64,000 bases of DNA, from assembly GCA_963827655.1 (NCBI GenBank), contig CAWHCF010000022.1:288001-352000 (forward strand). Reading direction: 5' to 3'. Under the pieces are notes generated by a model. That model was given only the letters and a program-made list of their open reading frames with translations, had not been told where the DNA came from and made no database searches. The DNA is from an uncultured Acidobacteriota bacterium (GTDB lineage Bacteria; Acidobacteriota; UBA6911). Position 1 is the stretch's first letter. Every line of letters begins with the position of its first letter. The position numbers were made by a program, and so were the translations under genes. Positions 21,511 to 32,481 of this stretch are shown here, in pieces.

Positions 21511-21740
21511 CTGCGTCGCACGTTCAGCGATCATGGTTAGTAAGACGTCAGATTTCGGCCAACCGCAGGCATCCGGTCAGGCCGTGCAGACCCGTCACTG
21601 CAAGATACATCACGTAATCGCGAACAGGTCGGCCTCAGCGCAGCTTCTTCGCCTGCGCTTGATACACGCAGTGAACCGCGAGGAGGGCGCCTCGCCCGGT
21701 TGCGACATCGCAGACCGCGCGGCGGCCCTCCCGGACCGAA

Positions 21741-22199
21741 ATGCACAAGACTTCGAAGAAGGCGGGTTCAGTGCGATTCCTGGTCAGCCTCTTGATCGCG
21801 ACCCTCATCGACCTCGGGAGCCCTGGTTTCGCGGTGCAGCAGCCCCACACCCCGAAACCGGGGAGCTCCGAACGGAAGCAGATCACCGAGGCGCTCCGCT
21901 CGGTCGTGGAAAAGGAGCTCAAGAAGCCGGTGGTGTTCCGGATTGACGCACTGAACGTGCAGAACGAATGGGCCTTTCTCCGGGGCGCTCCGCTGCAAAA
22001 ATCCGGGAAACCGATGGACTACCGCGGAACCCGTTACCAGAAATTGATCGACGCCGGCACGTTCGATGATTGGATCTGCTCGTTATTGCGCAAGGAAGCA
22101 AAACAATGGCGGGTGGTAGACCATGTCATCGGCGCCACCGACGTACCGTTCGCCGATTGGGCGGAGCGCTATCACGCGCCGGCGGCCATCTTCAAATAG
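21741..22199 (+). CDS. Secreted hypothetical protein
   Basis: Signal peptide; TPKPGSSERKQI.EALR..WRVVDHVIGATDV. Confidence 0.7.
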   Translation: MHKTSKKAGSVRFLVSLLIATLIDLGSPGFAVQQPHTPKPGSSERKQITEALRSVVEKELKKPVVFRIDALNVQNEWAFLRGAPLQKSGKPMDYRGTRYQKLIDAGTFDDWICSLLRKEAKQWRVVDHVIGATDVPFADWAERYHAPAAIFK

Positions 22200-22303
22200 T
22201 CTAGTTAGACAGCTCTAACCACAAAGACACGAAGACACCGAAAGAAACATTCTGAGTAGTGTTTCTTGAAGTCTTGTGTTACGGGGTTAACTAGGAGGGA
22301 GCC

Positions 22304-22932
22304 GTGAGCGGACACCATCACCACGACGATGACGACCATACCGAACCGCCTTCCGATCTTGTGTTGCGCGTCAAGGCGCTCGAATCGCTGCTGATCGAGA
22401 AGGGGCTGGTCGAACCGGCGGCGATCGACGAACTCATCGACGTTTATGAAACCAAGGTTGGTCCCCGCAATGGCGCCAGAGTCGTCGCGCGCGCGTGGAC
22501 CGATCCCGCCTTCAAGAAATGGCTGATCGAGGACGCGTCCGCCGCCATCGCCTCGTTGGGCTACACCGGCCGGCAGGGTGAACCATGCGAGTGGTAGAGA
22601 ACACGCCGAGGGTCCACAACCTGGTGGTCTGTACCCTGTGTTCCTGCTATCCATGGCCGGTGCTGGGGCTGCCGCCGGTCTGGTACAAATCGGCGCCGTA
22701 CCGCGCCCGCGCCGTGGCCGACCCGCGCGGTGTTTTGAAAGAATTCGGCACGGAACTGTCCGAGGACGTCGAAATCCGCGTCTGGGATTCGACCTCGGAA
22801 ATGCGGTATCTCGTGCTGCCGGAACGTCCCGAGGAGACCGGGGACTTGAGCGAGGAGGAACTCGCCCAACTCGTGACTCGCAACGCCATGATCGGCGTGG
22901 AAAAGGTAAAGTCATCCGGGAGGAGCCGATGA
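22304..22932 (+). CDS. nthA: Nitrile hydratase alpha subunit, cobalt type (frameshift near 22580)
   Basis: [40 protein letters not shown] metal site, [14 protein letters not shown]; AGGAGG RBS. Confidence 0.93.
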
Positions 22933-23638
22933 ACGGCGCGCACGACCTGGGCGGCATGCATGGCCTGGGCCCGATCAATGCGGAACCCGAGGCCGAAGAA
23001 CCCGTCTTCCACACCGCGTGGGAAAAGCGCGTGTTCGGTTTGACCCTGGCGGCCGGGTCCCTGGGGAAATGGAACATAGACATCTCCCGCCATGCCCGCG
23101 AACGCCAGCACCCGATCGATTATCTGCGGCATACCTACTACGAAAACTGGCTGGTGGGGTTGGAAAAACTGCTGGTGGAAGCCGGTCTGGTAACCACAGA
23201 GGAGCTGGCGACGGGAAAGGCCGCAGGGCCGGCGGACGAGGAAACCAGAAGACGCATCCTCAAGGCCGAGAATGTTGCTCGGGTCCTGGCTCAAGGCTCC
23301 CCACGGCGCTGCCGATCGACACCCCACCTCGCTTTCGGCCTGGCGACAAGGTTCGCGCCATCAACCGGCATCCGCGCGGCCATACGCGCGAGCCCCGCTA
23401 CGTGCGTGGCCGAGCGGGCGTGATCCAGGCGTATCACGGCGCCCATATCTTCCCCGACCGCAGCGCCGAAGGTGTGAAGGAGGCGCGGCATCTGTATAGC
23501 GTCCGGTTTGAGGCGGCGGAGCTTTGGGGTGAGGGGGTTGCCGGCCGAAGCGCCGTTTACGTCGACCTGTGGGAAGATTATCTGGAGCCTGCTAACAAAA
23601 ACCAACCACTGAGACGCAAAGACTCGAAGAAACGCTAA
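22929..23638 (+). CDS. nthB: Nitrile hydratase beta subunit (frameshift near 23300)
   Basis: [40 protein letters not shown]...[13 protein letters not shown]; ATGA overlap with nthA. Confidence 0.93.
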
Positions 23639-23664
23639 GGGTTCGCGCAGAAATAAGTTCTCAT

Positions 23665-23790
23665 TCTGCTGCAGGCCCCCAGGCCCGCTGGCGAGGCGCG
23701 AGCGACGATGCGTACCCGATGCGGTACGTGAGGAGCGAGCAACAAAGCCAGCGGGCCTGCGGGCCGCAGCCCGAAGGGGCGCGGCCGCCC
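23665..23790. mobile_element. MITE-like structured repeat at the kinase breakpoint
   Basis: Perfect 13-bp inverted repeat caggcccgctggc (23680-23692) / gccagcgggcctg (23747-23759) around gcgacgatgcgtacccg..gtacgtg; the same core occurs at 699-726. Confidence 0.6.
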
Positions 23791-24423
23791 AGTTAGCGCC
23801 TCATACAACACGCAACCGAACGACCAGATGTCGGTCCGCTTGTCCACCGGCTTGCCCCGCGCCTGCTCAGGGCTCATGTAGGATGGCGTACCCAGAATCA
23901 CTCCTTGGCGCGTGCCGACTTCGGTCACCGCCGATGATTCGGCAAGATCGGCGGCAAAGGCCTTCGCGAGGCCAAAGTCCAGCACCTTAACCTTTCCTTC
24001 GGGAGTAATCTTTATGTTGGCTGGCTTCAAGTCCCGGTGAATGACCCCTCTCTCGTGGGCCGCTTCCAAGCCCTGCGCGATCTGGACACAGATTCGAAGT
24101 GCCTCTTCGATTCGGAGCGGGCCCGCGGACAGTCGGTCGGCAAGGGTTTCACCTGGAACCAATTCCAGCACGAGGTACGGAATGCCGCGGGATTGCTCGA
24201 ACCCATGGATCGCGGCGATATTCGGGTGGTTCAGCGAAGCCAGCAGGCGCGCCTCGCGCTCGAAGCGTGCCAGGCGCTCAGGATCGCGCACGAAGGCGTC
24301 AGGTAAGACCTTTATAGCAACTTCGCGTCCGAGCTTCGTGTCGCTCGCCCGGTAGACTTCACCCATTCCGCCTGCGGCGAGCCTTTCGACGATGCGGTAG
24401 TGCGCAAGGGTTTGACCAATCAT
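23785..24423 (-). pseudogene. Truncated Hanks-type Ser/Thr kinase
   Basis: GGMGEVY, VAIK, HRDLKPAN, DFGLAK, YMSPEQ, DIWSFG, then similarity stops after LYEALTG. Confidence 0.85.
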
Positions 24424-24474
24424 GAGCGAGGAATCCATCTCTGGCGGCGATCTTAAGTCCGACCTGAAGGCTGG

Positions 24475-24828
24475 TCAATCTGAACAAATAGATTTCTCAA
24501 GCCCGCGCAGAAAACGGCTGCCTGGACGGCGCAACGAAATGGACTTCAGATCCATGTGCTTGATCGGGACTAACCTATGTCCCAGCATATCGATTACGGC
24601 CTGAGATTGTTCCAAGACAATGTAACCAATCAAGGCTTCGTCAATGCCATCCTCCGGCTTCATCTCAACAAACAAGACCTCGTTATAGATGGGCCGAAAA
24701 CCTTCAATCTGTATCCTCACTGGCCCGCAAATGTCGCCTTCAACGCTCTCCTGGGTGGCGGTTTCGAGACTTATTCTCAGCGCTGACTTAGCATCGAGCA
24801 CAGAAACCGGTTCAATCGATTGTCGCAT
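24475..24828 (-). pseudogene. Fragment of a clan AA aspartic protease-like small protein
   Basis: GPVRIQIEGFRPIYNEVLF..EALIGYIVLEQSQAVIDMLGHRLV resembles the C-terminal half; no DTG motif seen. Confidence 0.45.
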
Positions 24829-24915
24829 CCGACTCTCGATGAACCAGAATGTGACCGAGTCTATTTGCCCATTCGCGCATAGAGTATACCCTCGAGATCG
24901 AGATCAATTGTGTAC

Positions 24916-27386
24916 TCACTCGCGCCGCAGGGCGGTTGCCGGATCGATTCGCGCCGCGCGGCGCGACGGAATGTAGCAGGCGAGCGCCGCGGCAGCGGCC
25001 AGGATCATCACGACCGACGCATAAGTGAGCGGATCCGTGGGGCTGGCGCCGTGAAGGTAACCGGCGATCAGCCGCGATAGCGCCCATGCGGTCCCGATCC
25101 CGGCCAGGATGCCGAGTACAGCCAGCGTCATCCCCTGCCTGAGGACCATGGCGAGGACGGCGCGCTGGCGGGCTCCCAGCGCCATGCGAATCCCGATCTC
25201 GCGCGTCCGGCGCGCGACCGAGTAGGCCATGATGCTGTAGACACCGCTTACGGCCAGGACGAGCGCGAGCAGTCCCGCGGCGCCCAGGAGCGCCGCCGCC
25301 GTGCGCTCGACCGCCAGGGCCTCCGCCATCTGAGTCCGAAGTGTCCTGGCGTCGAACACGGGCAGGTCCGGATCGAGCGCCGCGAATTCACGCTCCACGA
25401 CCGGCAGCATCGTCATCGGGTTCCCCTCGGTCCGGACGTGAAGCATCATCTCGGGAAAGTAACCGCTGATAGACGCGGCACGTAAAGGTAGGGCGCCGGC
25501 TCGCCCCAGATCGAGCGCTGGCGGACGTCGCCGGCAATTCCCACGATCTCGTACAACTCCCGCGCGCGCGTGGCGCAGTCGGACGCGCCGCCCCAGCGGA
25601 TCCTCGCCCGGCCAGTAGCGGCGCGCCATGGTTTCATTGATGATCGCCGCGCCTATGGGCGACGACTCGTCGTCCCTGTCGGTGAAATCGCGACCGCGCA
25701 CCAGTCGAATCCCGAGAGTTTCCAGATAGCGCGGTCCCGTGACGTTCGCGTCTGCCCGGATCCAGTCGGCTTCCCCCGAGACGGTTGTGCCCTCCTTTAC
25801 GAACCAGATCAGCAGGCGGCGGCGCGCGAGCGGGACGTCGCCGCCCCACGTCGCCGCAACCACACCCGGAACACTCCGGACTCTCTCCAGCGCGCTCCGG
25901 TAAAATTGCATCGCCTTCGACTCATCGTAACGAGAACGCATCGAGTTGAAGTCGACCGAGAGGACGAGCACGTTGTCGAGCCGCAGCCCCAGGTCGATCG
26001 ACTGCGCTCGAACCAGCGTGCGCAGGAACAACCCGGCCCCGGCAAGCAGGACGAGCGAAAGCGCCACCTCGGCGACGACCAGGCCGCTCCGGAGACGGCT
26101 GTGCCGGAAGCTCCGGCCGGAACTGCCGGCCTGTTCCTGGAGCGCAGTCCTCAAGTCGGCGCGCGCGGTCGCCAGCGCCGGGAACAGTCCCGACACGACG
26201 GTCGCGACCAGCGAGACGGCCAGCGTGAACAGAAGAACCCGGCGGTCGAGACCCAGTTCCAGGTTCAGCGGAACTTCGAACGGAAGCGGAAAGCGCGATA
26301 GAAGCAGGATCCCGCCGCGGGCGATCGCGAATCCTGCCAGGAGCCCGAGGACCGAAAGCACCAGGCTTTCAACCAGGAGTCCCAGGACCAGCCGCCGCCG
26401 GCTCGCCCCGAGCGCCAGCCGCAGAGCCATCTCACGTTCGCGGGCCGCCCCGCGCGCAAGCTGCAGGTTGGCGACGTTGGCGCACGCGAGCAGCAGGACG
26501 AAACCGACGGTGGCAACCAGCAGACCCGCGAACGCGGTCACGGAGCGGCGATAGGCCGGCCAGAAACGGGCCTCGCGCCCCGGAAGCACTTCGACGCTCC
26601 AGGTCCGGTTTGTCTCCGGGTACTCTGCCTGGAGCTGCGCCGCTCGAACCCGCACCGCGTTCGCGCTTGCTCGAGCGTGACTCCCGGCTGCAGCCGCCCG
26701 ACGACCAGCGCGCTGCGAGCCTCGCGCCACTCGAGCGTCCGCCTCGCCTGAAACCGCGGAATGAATTCGTCGAACCAGCCCATCGGCACCCAGACCTCGG
26801 GTGGCCGTCCCCAGTCGAGCGTCACGCCGCGGAATCCGCGCGGCGCCACGCCGACGATGGTGAAGCTCCGGCCGTGGATTCGGACCGGGCGTCCCACCAC
26901 CGACGGGTCGCCGCCGAAAGCGCGCTGCCAGAGGCCGTCGCTGATCACCACCACCGGGTGGGGGGCTCCGGGCCGGTCTTCTCCGGCTCGGAAGCCTCGG
27001 CCGGCGGTCATCCCAAGCCCGAGCGTCTCGAAGTAGTTGAAGGTGACGTGCTCGCCCGACAAACGCTCCGTCCGCCCGCCGGCATCGAAGCTGAGTGGTA
27101 TCCGAATGTACGCCATCAGGCCGGCGAAGACGTCCGTTTGCTCCCGATAGTTCAGGTAGTCCGGATAGGACGTCCCGCTCCAGCTGGCATCGCTCAAACG
27201 CACGGAATAAAGCGCGACCAGCCGGTCGGGCTCGTGAACTGGAAAGGGCCGGAAGAAGATAGCGTCGACCAGACTGAAAAGCGCCCCACTCGCTCCAATG
27301 CCGAGTGCCAGACTGAGGACCGCAACGGAGGCGAAGCCAATGCTGTGACGGAGCGAGCGGGCCGAGAAGCGAAGATCAGTCAGCAA
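24916..27386 (-). CDS. ADOP-family duplicated ABC permease (frameshifts near 26660 and 25470-25570; start region occupied by a repeat)
   Basis: DLRFSARSL..SLALGIGA, LACANVANLQLAR..RE.ALR.ALGA, RRTREIGIRMALGA, PSRRAARIDP..ALR.E. Confidence 0.9.
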
Positions 27387-27522
27387 GAAATTCGGGGACA
27401 GGCTCCTAATTGCGTGTCAAGACACCAGTCTTTTGGCCTCTCTTAACAACGCAATTAGGAGCCTGTCCCCGAATTTCTTGCGCTCTCTTAACAACGCAAT
27501 TAGGAGCCTGTCCCCGAATTTC
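27383..27522. repeat. REP-like triplet: one 33-bp inverted pair plus a 40-bp direct duplication
   Basis: 27383-27415 is the exact reverse complement of 27449-27481; 27438-27477 is identical to 27483-27522; core GGGGACAGGCTCCTAATT. Confidence 0.9.
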
Positions 27523-30384
27523 ACTTCCGCGTGACCCAGATGGGCGACGACCAGGCCAGCTGACCATCGTATTGCAGGACGCGCACATAGTAATAAGCTT
27601 CGCCGGTCGCGGCCTCGGAGTCGGTGAACGTAAAATCGCTCTCCGGCTTGCCTGGCTCAACAGTGTAGACATAGCGGTTGTTCTTGATGATGTCCACGCG
27701 CTGGATGGGCGATGTGCCGATCGCATGGACCTTCAGCTTCGGCGCCGCAGTGATCGCGACCGATGCTCCCATCAAATGCTCGGTTCCGGTTCCGCGTCCA
27801 CCAATCTGTAGTCGAGCAGGATGTTGTCGGTTGCGCCGTAAGTCCGGCGGGCGCGCATCGCATCCATCAGCTCCCGCCGGGACAGCCCGGTCACATAGAG
27901 ACACGAGTAAGAGAGATGAGTCGAAACATGGTCGGAGCTTGCCTGAATGCCCAGCTTGTATCCCTTGGCCAGCGCATTCCAGTAGAAACCAAGGGGCTGG
28001 TAGCCGCTCTTGAAGAGGTACGGCCGGTCAGCAGTGGCGCTCTTCGGGGACCCTTCATACTCGTAAGAATTGCGGAAGCCCTGATAGATCTCGACCAGCG
28101 GCTCCAGCGTCGGATCGTTGTCGCGCCAGTCAGTCCCCTGATTGGTAGCAATGGTGTGGGCGAACGCGATTCCGCCGTTCTCCCTGAGGTACTGATAAAG
28201 CTTTGCCGCGCCCTCCTTTCCCTGACGCTCTTCAAGACTGCTGGGAAGGGTCCGCACTCCTCTGTGATCAAAGACAATATTACGGTGGCCGTTGGGATAG
28301 GGGAGACTGCGCTCGTAGCCGAAGAGGGGCGTGAACGCATCCGGTACCATGAAAAGGTCACTCGACTTCTGCGTCCGCCACCACGAGTATTCGAGATCGT
28401 TGCCGGCCCCATGATCGGTTACCGCGATAAAATCCAGAGCCGCGGCATCGAGAGCATAGCGATAAAGGTCAAGCAGCGACCCGTCTCCGATCCCATCGCC
28501 TGAAATGTCGGTGTGGCGATGCAGATCGCCGCGCACTATGCGGTAGGTTTCACGCCCGAGCTGCGCGCGATAGCTGCGGATGCGGCGCACGTCCTCGGCC
28601 TCGGCCGGATGAGCCGGAAGCTGCGCGGTGGCGGGTACGCTTCTTACCCTGGTTCGAAGCTCGGCTGCCGGCGCCGGACGCGCCGATACCTGTGTCGCAT
28701 AGACGCCGTAGTCCTGTGCCAGACCGCCAAGAAAAGGGCGATGATCACTGGCGTAAGCCGCTGCCACGCCATCGCGCACGGGCGCCGCGGCCGGACGCCC
28801 GTCGTTTCGCCCCAGGCTGCGCGCCAGCGCTATCGGCCGCTCCCAGCGCGAACCGGTGTAGCACATGGCGGCGTTTTCCCAGCCGCCGCCCGCCCCCCAT
28901 AGATCCGCGGTGCGCGTGCGCGCGCCGGCGAGGTAGCGGAACACAACCCAGATGCGTCCGGAGCCATCGGCATGAATGGACGGCAAGGAAGAATACAATT
29001 GCATATCGAGAGGGAGGGATCCCTGAATGTCCTGCTCCGGCTCGAGCACCTTGTCGCCGTCGAGGCACACCACGCGGAGAGTCCGGCTCATGTAAAGCCC
29101 GATGCCTCGATCTTTCGAGAGAAATCCCCAGTCCTTTCCCCAGTTCTCGCCCGCTTCGTCGTAAGCTATCCACGGACGACCGCGGTCATCCAGGGTGATT
29201 GAAGCATGCGCTTCCATGCGCGCGCTCGCTGCCACCGGCATGACCGGGGAGAGGGTACCGTCGCGAAAAGTGCGCGCCACGACGTCGTAACTGGAAGCGG
29301 CGCCCGGTCGCGCGGCGCGGTACGTATCCCAGACAATCCAGCCGCGGCCCTGTGAATCCACGGCCACGGAGGGCTCCCAATCGTTCGACCCGGTTTCGCT
29401 GATACGTGTCGCAGCCGTCCAGCTCCCGTTTTGATAGATGCGCAAGAAAATGTCCGATTGGCCGCGGTCGAAACCCTGCCACACGAGCCAGAGCCTCCCT
29501 TTCGAATCGGCCGCGAGTCTGTGGTGAAAACTCAATCCCGGCGCCTCGCTCAACTTCTCGGCACGGCTCCAATTCGCGCCGTCGAAGCTCCGCCCCCAGA
29601 GATGCCAGCTGCCGGCTTCGCGGGCAGCCCAGACTACCAGAATACGGCCGTCACCCGCTTCAGCCACAGCCGTCCGGTATACATCGCCGCTTTCGGAAAG
29701 CGTCGCGGCTGCGCTCCAGGTATCACCCGAAAGTGACCGTGCCAGAACGCGCTCGCTGCCGCCGCGATATTCCTGCCACGCTACCCACACTGTCCCGCTA
29801 CGGGTAACAGCTATGCTTGGGTAATCCGCTTCGCCGGCATCGCCTCCAATCCGATGCAGCTCCGGCAGCCGTTCAATTTCAATAGCGCCATCCCGAAACT
29901 GCGCCGGCCCGCGATCCAGTTCGCCCAGGCTCAGGCTGACGGACTCGTGGTGCTTGAATCGCAGGTTCAACTTTGTCCGGCTGTCGCCGGTCAGAAAAAC
30001 CAGGATGCCAACCGGCCAGACCGGTCGCGGAGCAGGCAGAACCGGCGATAGATCCACGTGTACGTTGGGAACCTGGCCGAGCAACGACTGAGCCTCCCAG
30101 CTATCGGGACCCGTAATCTGGCAGCGCGGCCCCGCCTGGTTCGGTCCGGGCAACGGAGGAAAGTGCCAGCCTTCCAGTTTTTCGAGCCGCCCTTCCGTCA
30201 CTTCCAGCGTTCCGCTCCAGTCCGTCGAGGTGGCGTCCTTCAGCGCGAAGCGCGCGTTCACCAGGACTTTTCCCGGCGTACCGCGATCGGGGCGCGTCGC
30301 CTGCGCTCCCAGGCGGGTCGCTGAACGTGGAATCGCTGCTGCGAGCACAAACAGAATGGCGGCGGAAATCACGGAGTTGCGCAT
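27521..30384 (-). CDS. Secreted beta-propeller + PHP-like (DUF3604-like) metallohydrolase, paralog 1 (frameshift near 27790)
   Basis: Signal peptide; repeated P.IA.D..G.VWVAWQ blades; GDLHRHTDISGD, VTDH, YERS..YPNGHRN, AHT, EIYQG, ASSDH, YYYVRV.Q.DGQLAWSSP.W. Confidence 0.82.
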
Positions 30385-30542
30385 CTATTCTTCAGTTGCC
30401 TTTCCAGAACAATGGGTCTAATTTCTGGGTGTCTTTACGTCCCAGTAATAACTCGCCCCCGAGAAACAAAGAAGCCAGTCCCCTCCCCCTCTGGTTCCCA
30501 GAAAATCGCTGCGTTGAAACTATCACAAAAATGGAGGACTCG

Positions 30543-32228
30543 ATGAAGAGTGAAAACTCGGAACTGCGAAATCCTCAGGCTGGAATCCCGGCGAAAAAAA
30601 CGTCTTCCTCTCCGGCTGGCCGCAGCAGGCGAAAATTTCTCGAGTATCTCGGTGGAACTACCGGGGTCGCTCTGGCCGCCGGCGCCTCGCCTTTGATTCA
30701 AGCTGTAACACCTGACACCCAGTCAGCTTCGACGAGCAGGCCGACGCGGGCCGAGCAAGCCTATCAAATTCGCGTCTCCTCGGCCTTGCGCGAGAAAAAT
30801 GCTGTGCCGGCCGCTCACCCGGTCAACGGCGATGAAGACCGTTATCCCAGTAAATTTGCGAGCTATTCGAAGGCGCTGCCGCACAACCAGCTCGGCGAGG
30901 TTCATCCGGACGCCTACGATACTTATCTGCTTGCGCTCGCAACCGGCAAACCATCTGACTTCGAAAACATCCTCCTCGGAGGGAAAGTCAAGCTCACCAA
31001 TCCTCAGGCCGGACTGGCTTTTGAGATGGAAGGACCCGATTCACACGCCATGGCTCAGCCACCGGCGCCCGCTTTCAGCAGCGCGGAAGAGGCGGCCGAG
31101 ATAGCCGAGAATTACTGGATGGCGCTCGCGCGCGATGTCTCTTTCACCGAGTACGAAACCAACCCTCTCACGGTCGCGGCCGCCGCCGATCTGTCAAGGT
31201 TTTCGGATCTCAGAGTTCCGAAAACCGGAGGCCGGGTCACGCCGGCCACGCTGTTTCGTGGGCTCACGCCGGGTGACGTGACCGGTCCCTACATCTCGCA
31301 GTTCCTGTGGTTGGAGACACCGTTCGGCGCCGAAACCATTGACCGCCGGATGCGCACGACCGCGGCCGGCATTGACTACATGACGAATTACTTCGACTGG
31401 CTGGCCGTGCAGGACGGATCAGAAACCGGACCCTATCCGTTGGACCCGACGCCTCGCTACATCCGCAACGGGCGCGACCTGGGCGAGTGGGTGCACATCG
31501 ACGTGCTGTTCCAGGCTTATTTCAATGCGTTCTTGATTCTGGGAAGCCTCGGGGCGCCCGTTGACGCGGGCAATCCCTATAACGCTTCGCGAACTCAGAT
31601 CGGCTTCGGCACCTTCGGCGGTCCCTACATGGCATCCGTACTATGCGCCATCGCCAGGCCTGCGCTGAAGGCGGTCTGGTATCAGAAGTGGTTCGTTCAC
31701 CGCCGCCTGCGGCCCGAAGAGTTTGCGGGACGGGTGCACAACCACGTGACCCGCCGGACCAGCTATCCGATCAATTCGGAGATTCTCACCTCGCCCGTGC
31801 TGGATGAAGTCTTCCGACGGCACGGCACCTACCTCTTACCGATGGCGTTTCCGGAAGGTGCGCCGACCCATCCGGCCTACGGCGCCGGCCATGCGACGGT
31901 TGCGGGCGCGTGCGTGACCATCTTGAAAGCATTGTTTGACGAATCGTGGGTCATTCCAAATCCCGTGCAGGCGAGTCCCGACGGCCTCGCGCTTGTGCCT
32001 TACAACGGGCCCCCTCTCACAGTTGGCGGTGAGTTGAACAAGCTCGCGGCCAACGTTGCGCTCGGTCGCGACATTGCCGGCGTCCACTGGCGCTCGGACG
32101 CGACCGAGTCCCTGAAACTGGGCGAGGGCGTTGCGATCAGCTACCTGAGAGAGGAACGAGGCTGTTTCAACGAGCGATTCGAGGGGCTTTCTCTCACCAC
32201 GTTTGACGGCAGGACCGTCGTCATTTGA
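30543..32228 (+). CDS. Vanadium-dependent haloperoxidase with Tat signal
   Basis: SRRKFL; KAVWYQKWFVHRRLRPEE, HPAYGAGHA, GRDIAGVHWRSD vanadate motifs; GGAGG RBS. Confidence 0.92.
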   Translation: MKSENSELRNPQAGIPAKKTSSSPAGRSRRKFLEYLGGTTGVALAAGASPLIQAVTPDTQSASTSRPTRAEQAYQIRVSSALREKNAVPAAHPVNGDEDRYPSKFASYSKALPHNQLGEVHPDAYDTYLLALATGKPSDFENILLGGKVKLTNPQAGLAFEMEGPDSHAMAQPPAPAFSSAEEAAEIAENYWMALARDVSFTEYETNPLTVAAAADLSRFSDLRVPKTGGRVTPATLFRGLTPGDVTGPYISQFLWLETPFGAETIDRRMRTTAAGIDYMTNYFDWLAVQDGSETGPYPLDPTPRYIRNGRDLGEWVHIDVLFQAYFNAFLILGSLGAPVDAGNPYNASRTQIGFGTFGGPYMASVLCAIARPALKAVWYQKWFVHRRLRPEEFAGRVHNHVTRRTSYPINSEILTSPVLDEVFRRHGTYLLPMAFPEGAPTHPAYGAGHATVAGACVTILKALFDESWVIPNPVQASPDGLALVPYNGPPLTVGGELNKLAANVALGRDIAGVHWRSDATESLKLGEGVAISYLREERGCFNERFEGLSLTTFDGRTVVI

Positions 32229-32480
32229 TTGACGATTTACGATTGACGATTGACGATTGAATCGATTCGGCGAGTTTCGCGTAGAAGGCTCCTTCCCTCC
32301 TCGAGCTGTCATTCAACGAGCGATTACGAGGCGGCTTTCGATTCGACTACAGTTTGACGGCAGGACCGTCGTCATCTGATTTACGATTGACGATTTACGA
32401 TTGACGATTTGTTCACGATCGACGATTGTCCCTTCATGGATGTTTAACAATCGTCAATCGTCAATCGTAAATCGTCAATT
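32227..32480. repeat. Inverted (GATTGAC)n array enclosing degenerate copies of both flanking gene ends
   Basis: Arms at 32227-32260, 32378-32410 and 32448-32480; 32269-32377 duplicates 32496-32530 and 32165-32228 with indels. Confidence 0.8.
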
Positions 32481-32481
32481 C

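Noticed and set aside
27383-27522. Possible mini CRISPR array
   Set aside because: Only two direct copies 5 bp apart plus one inverted copy; no unique spacers and no cas genes
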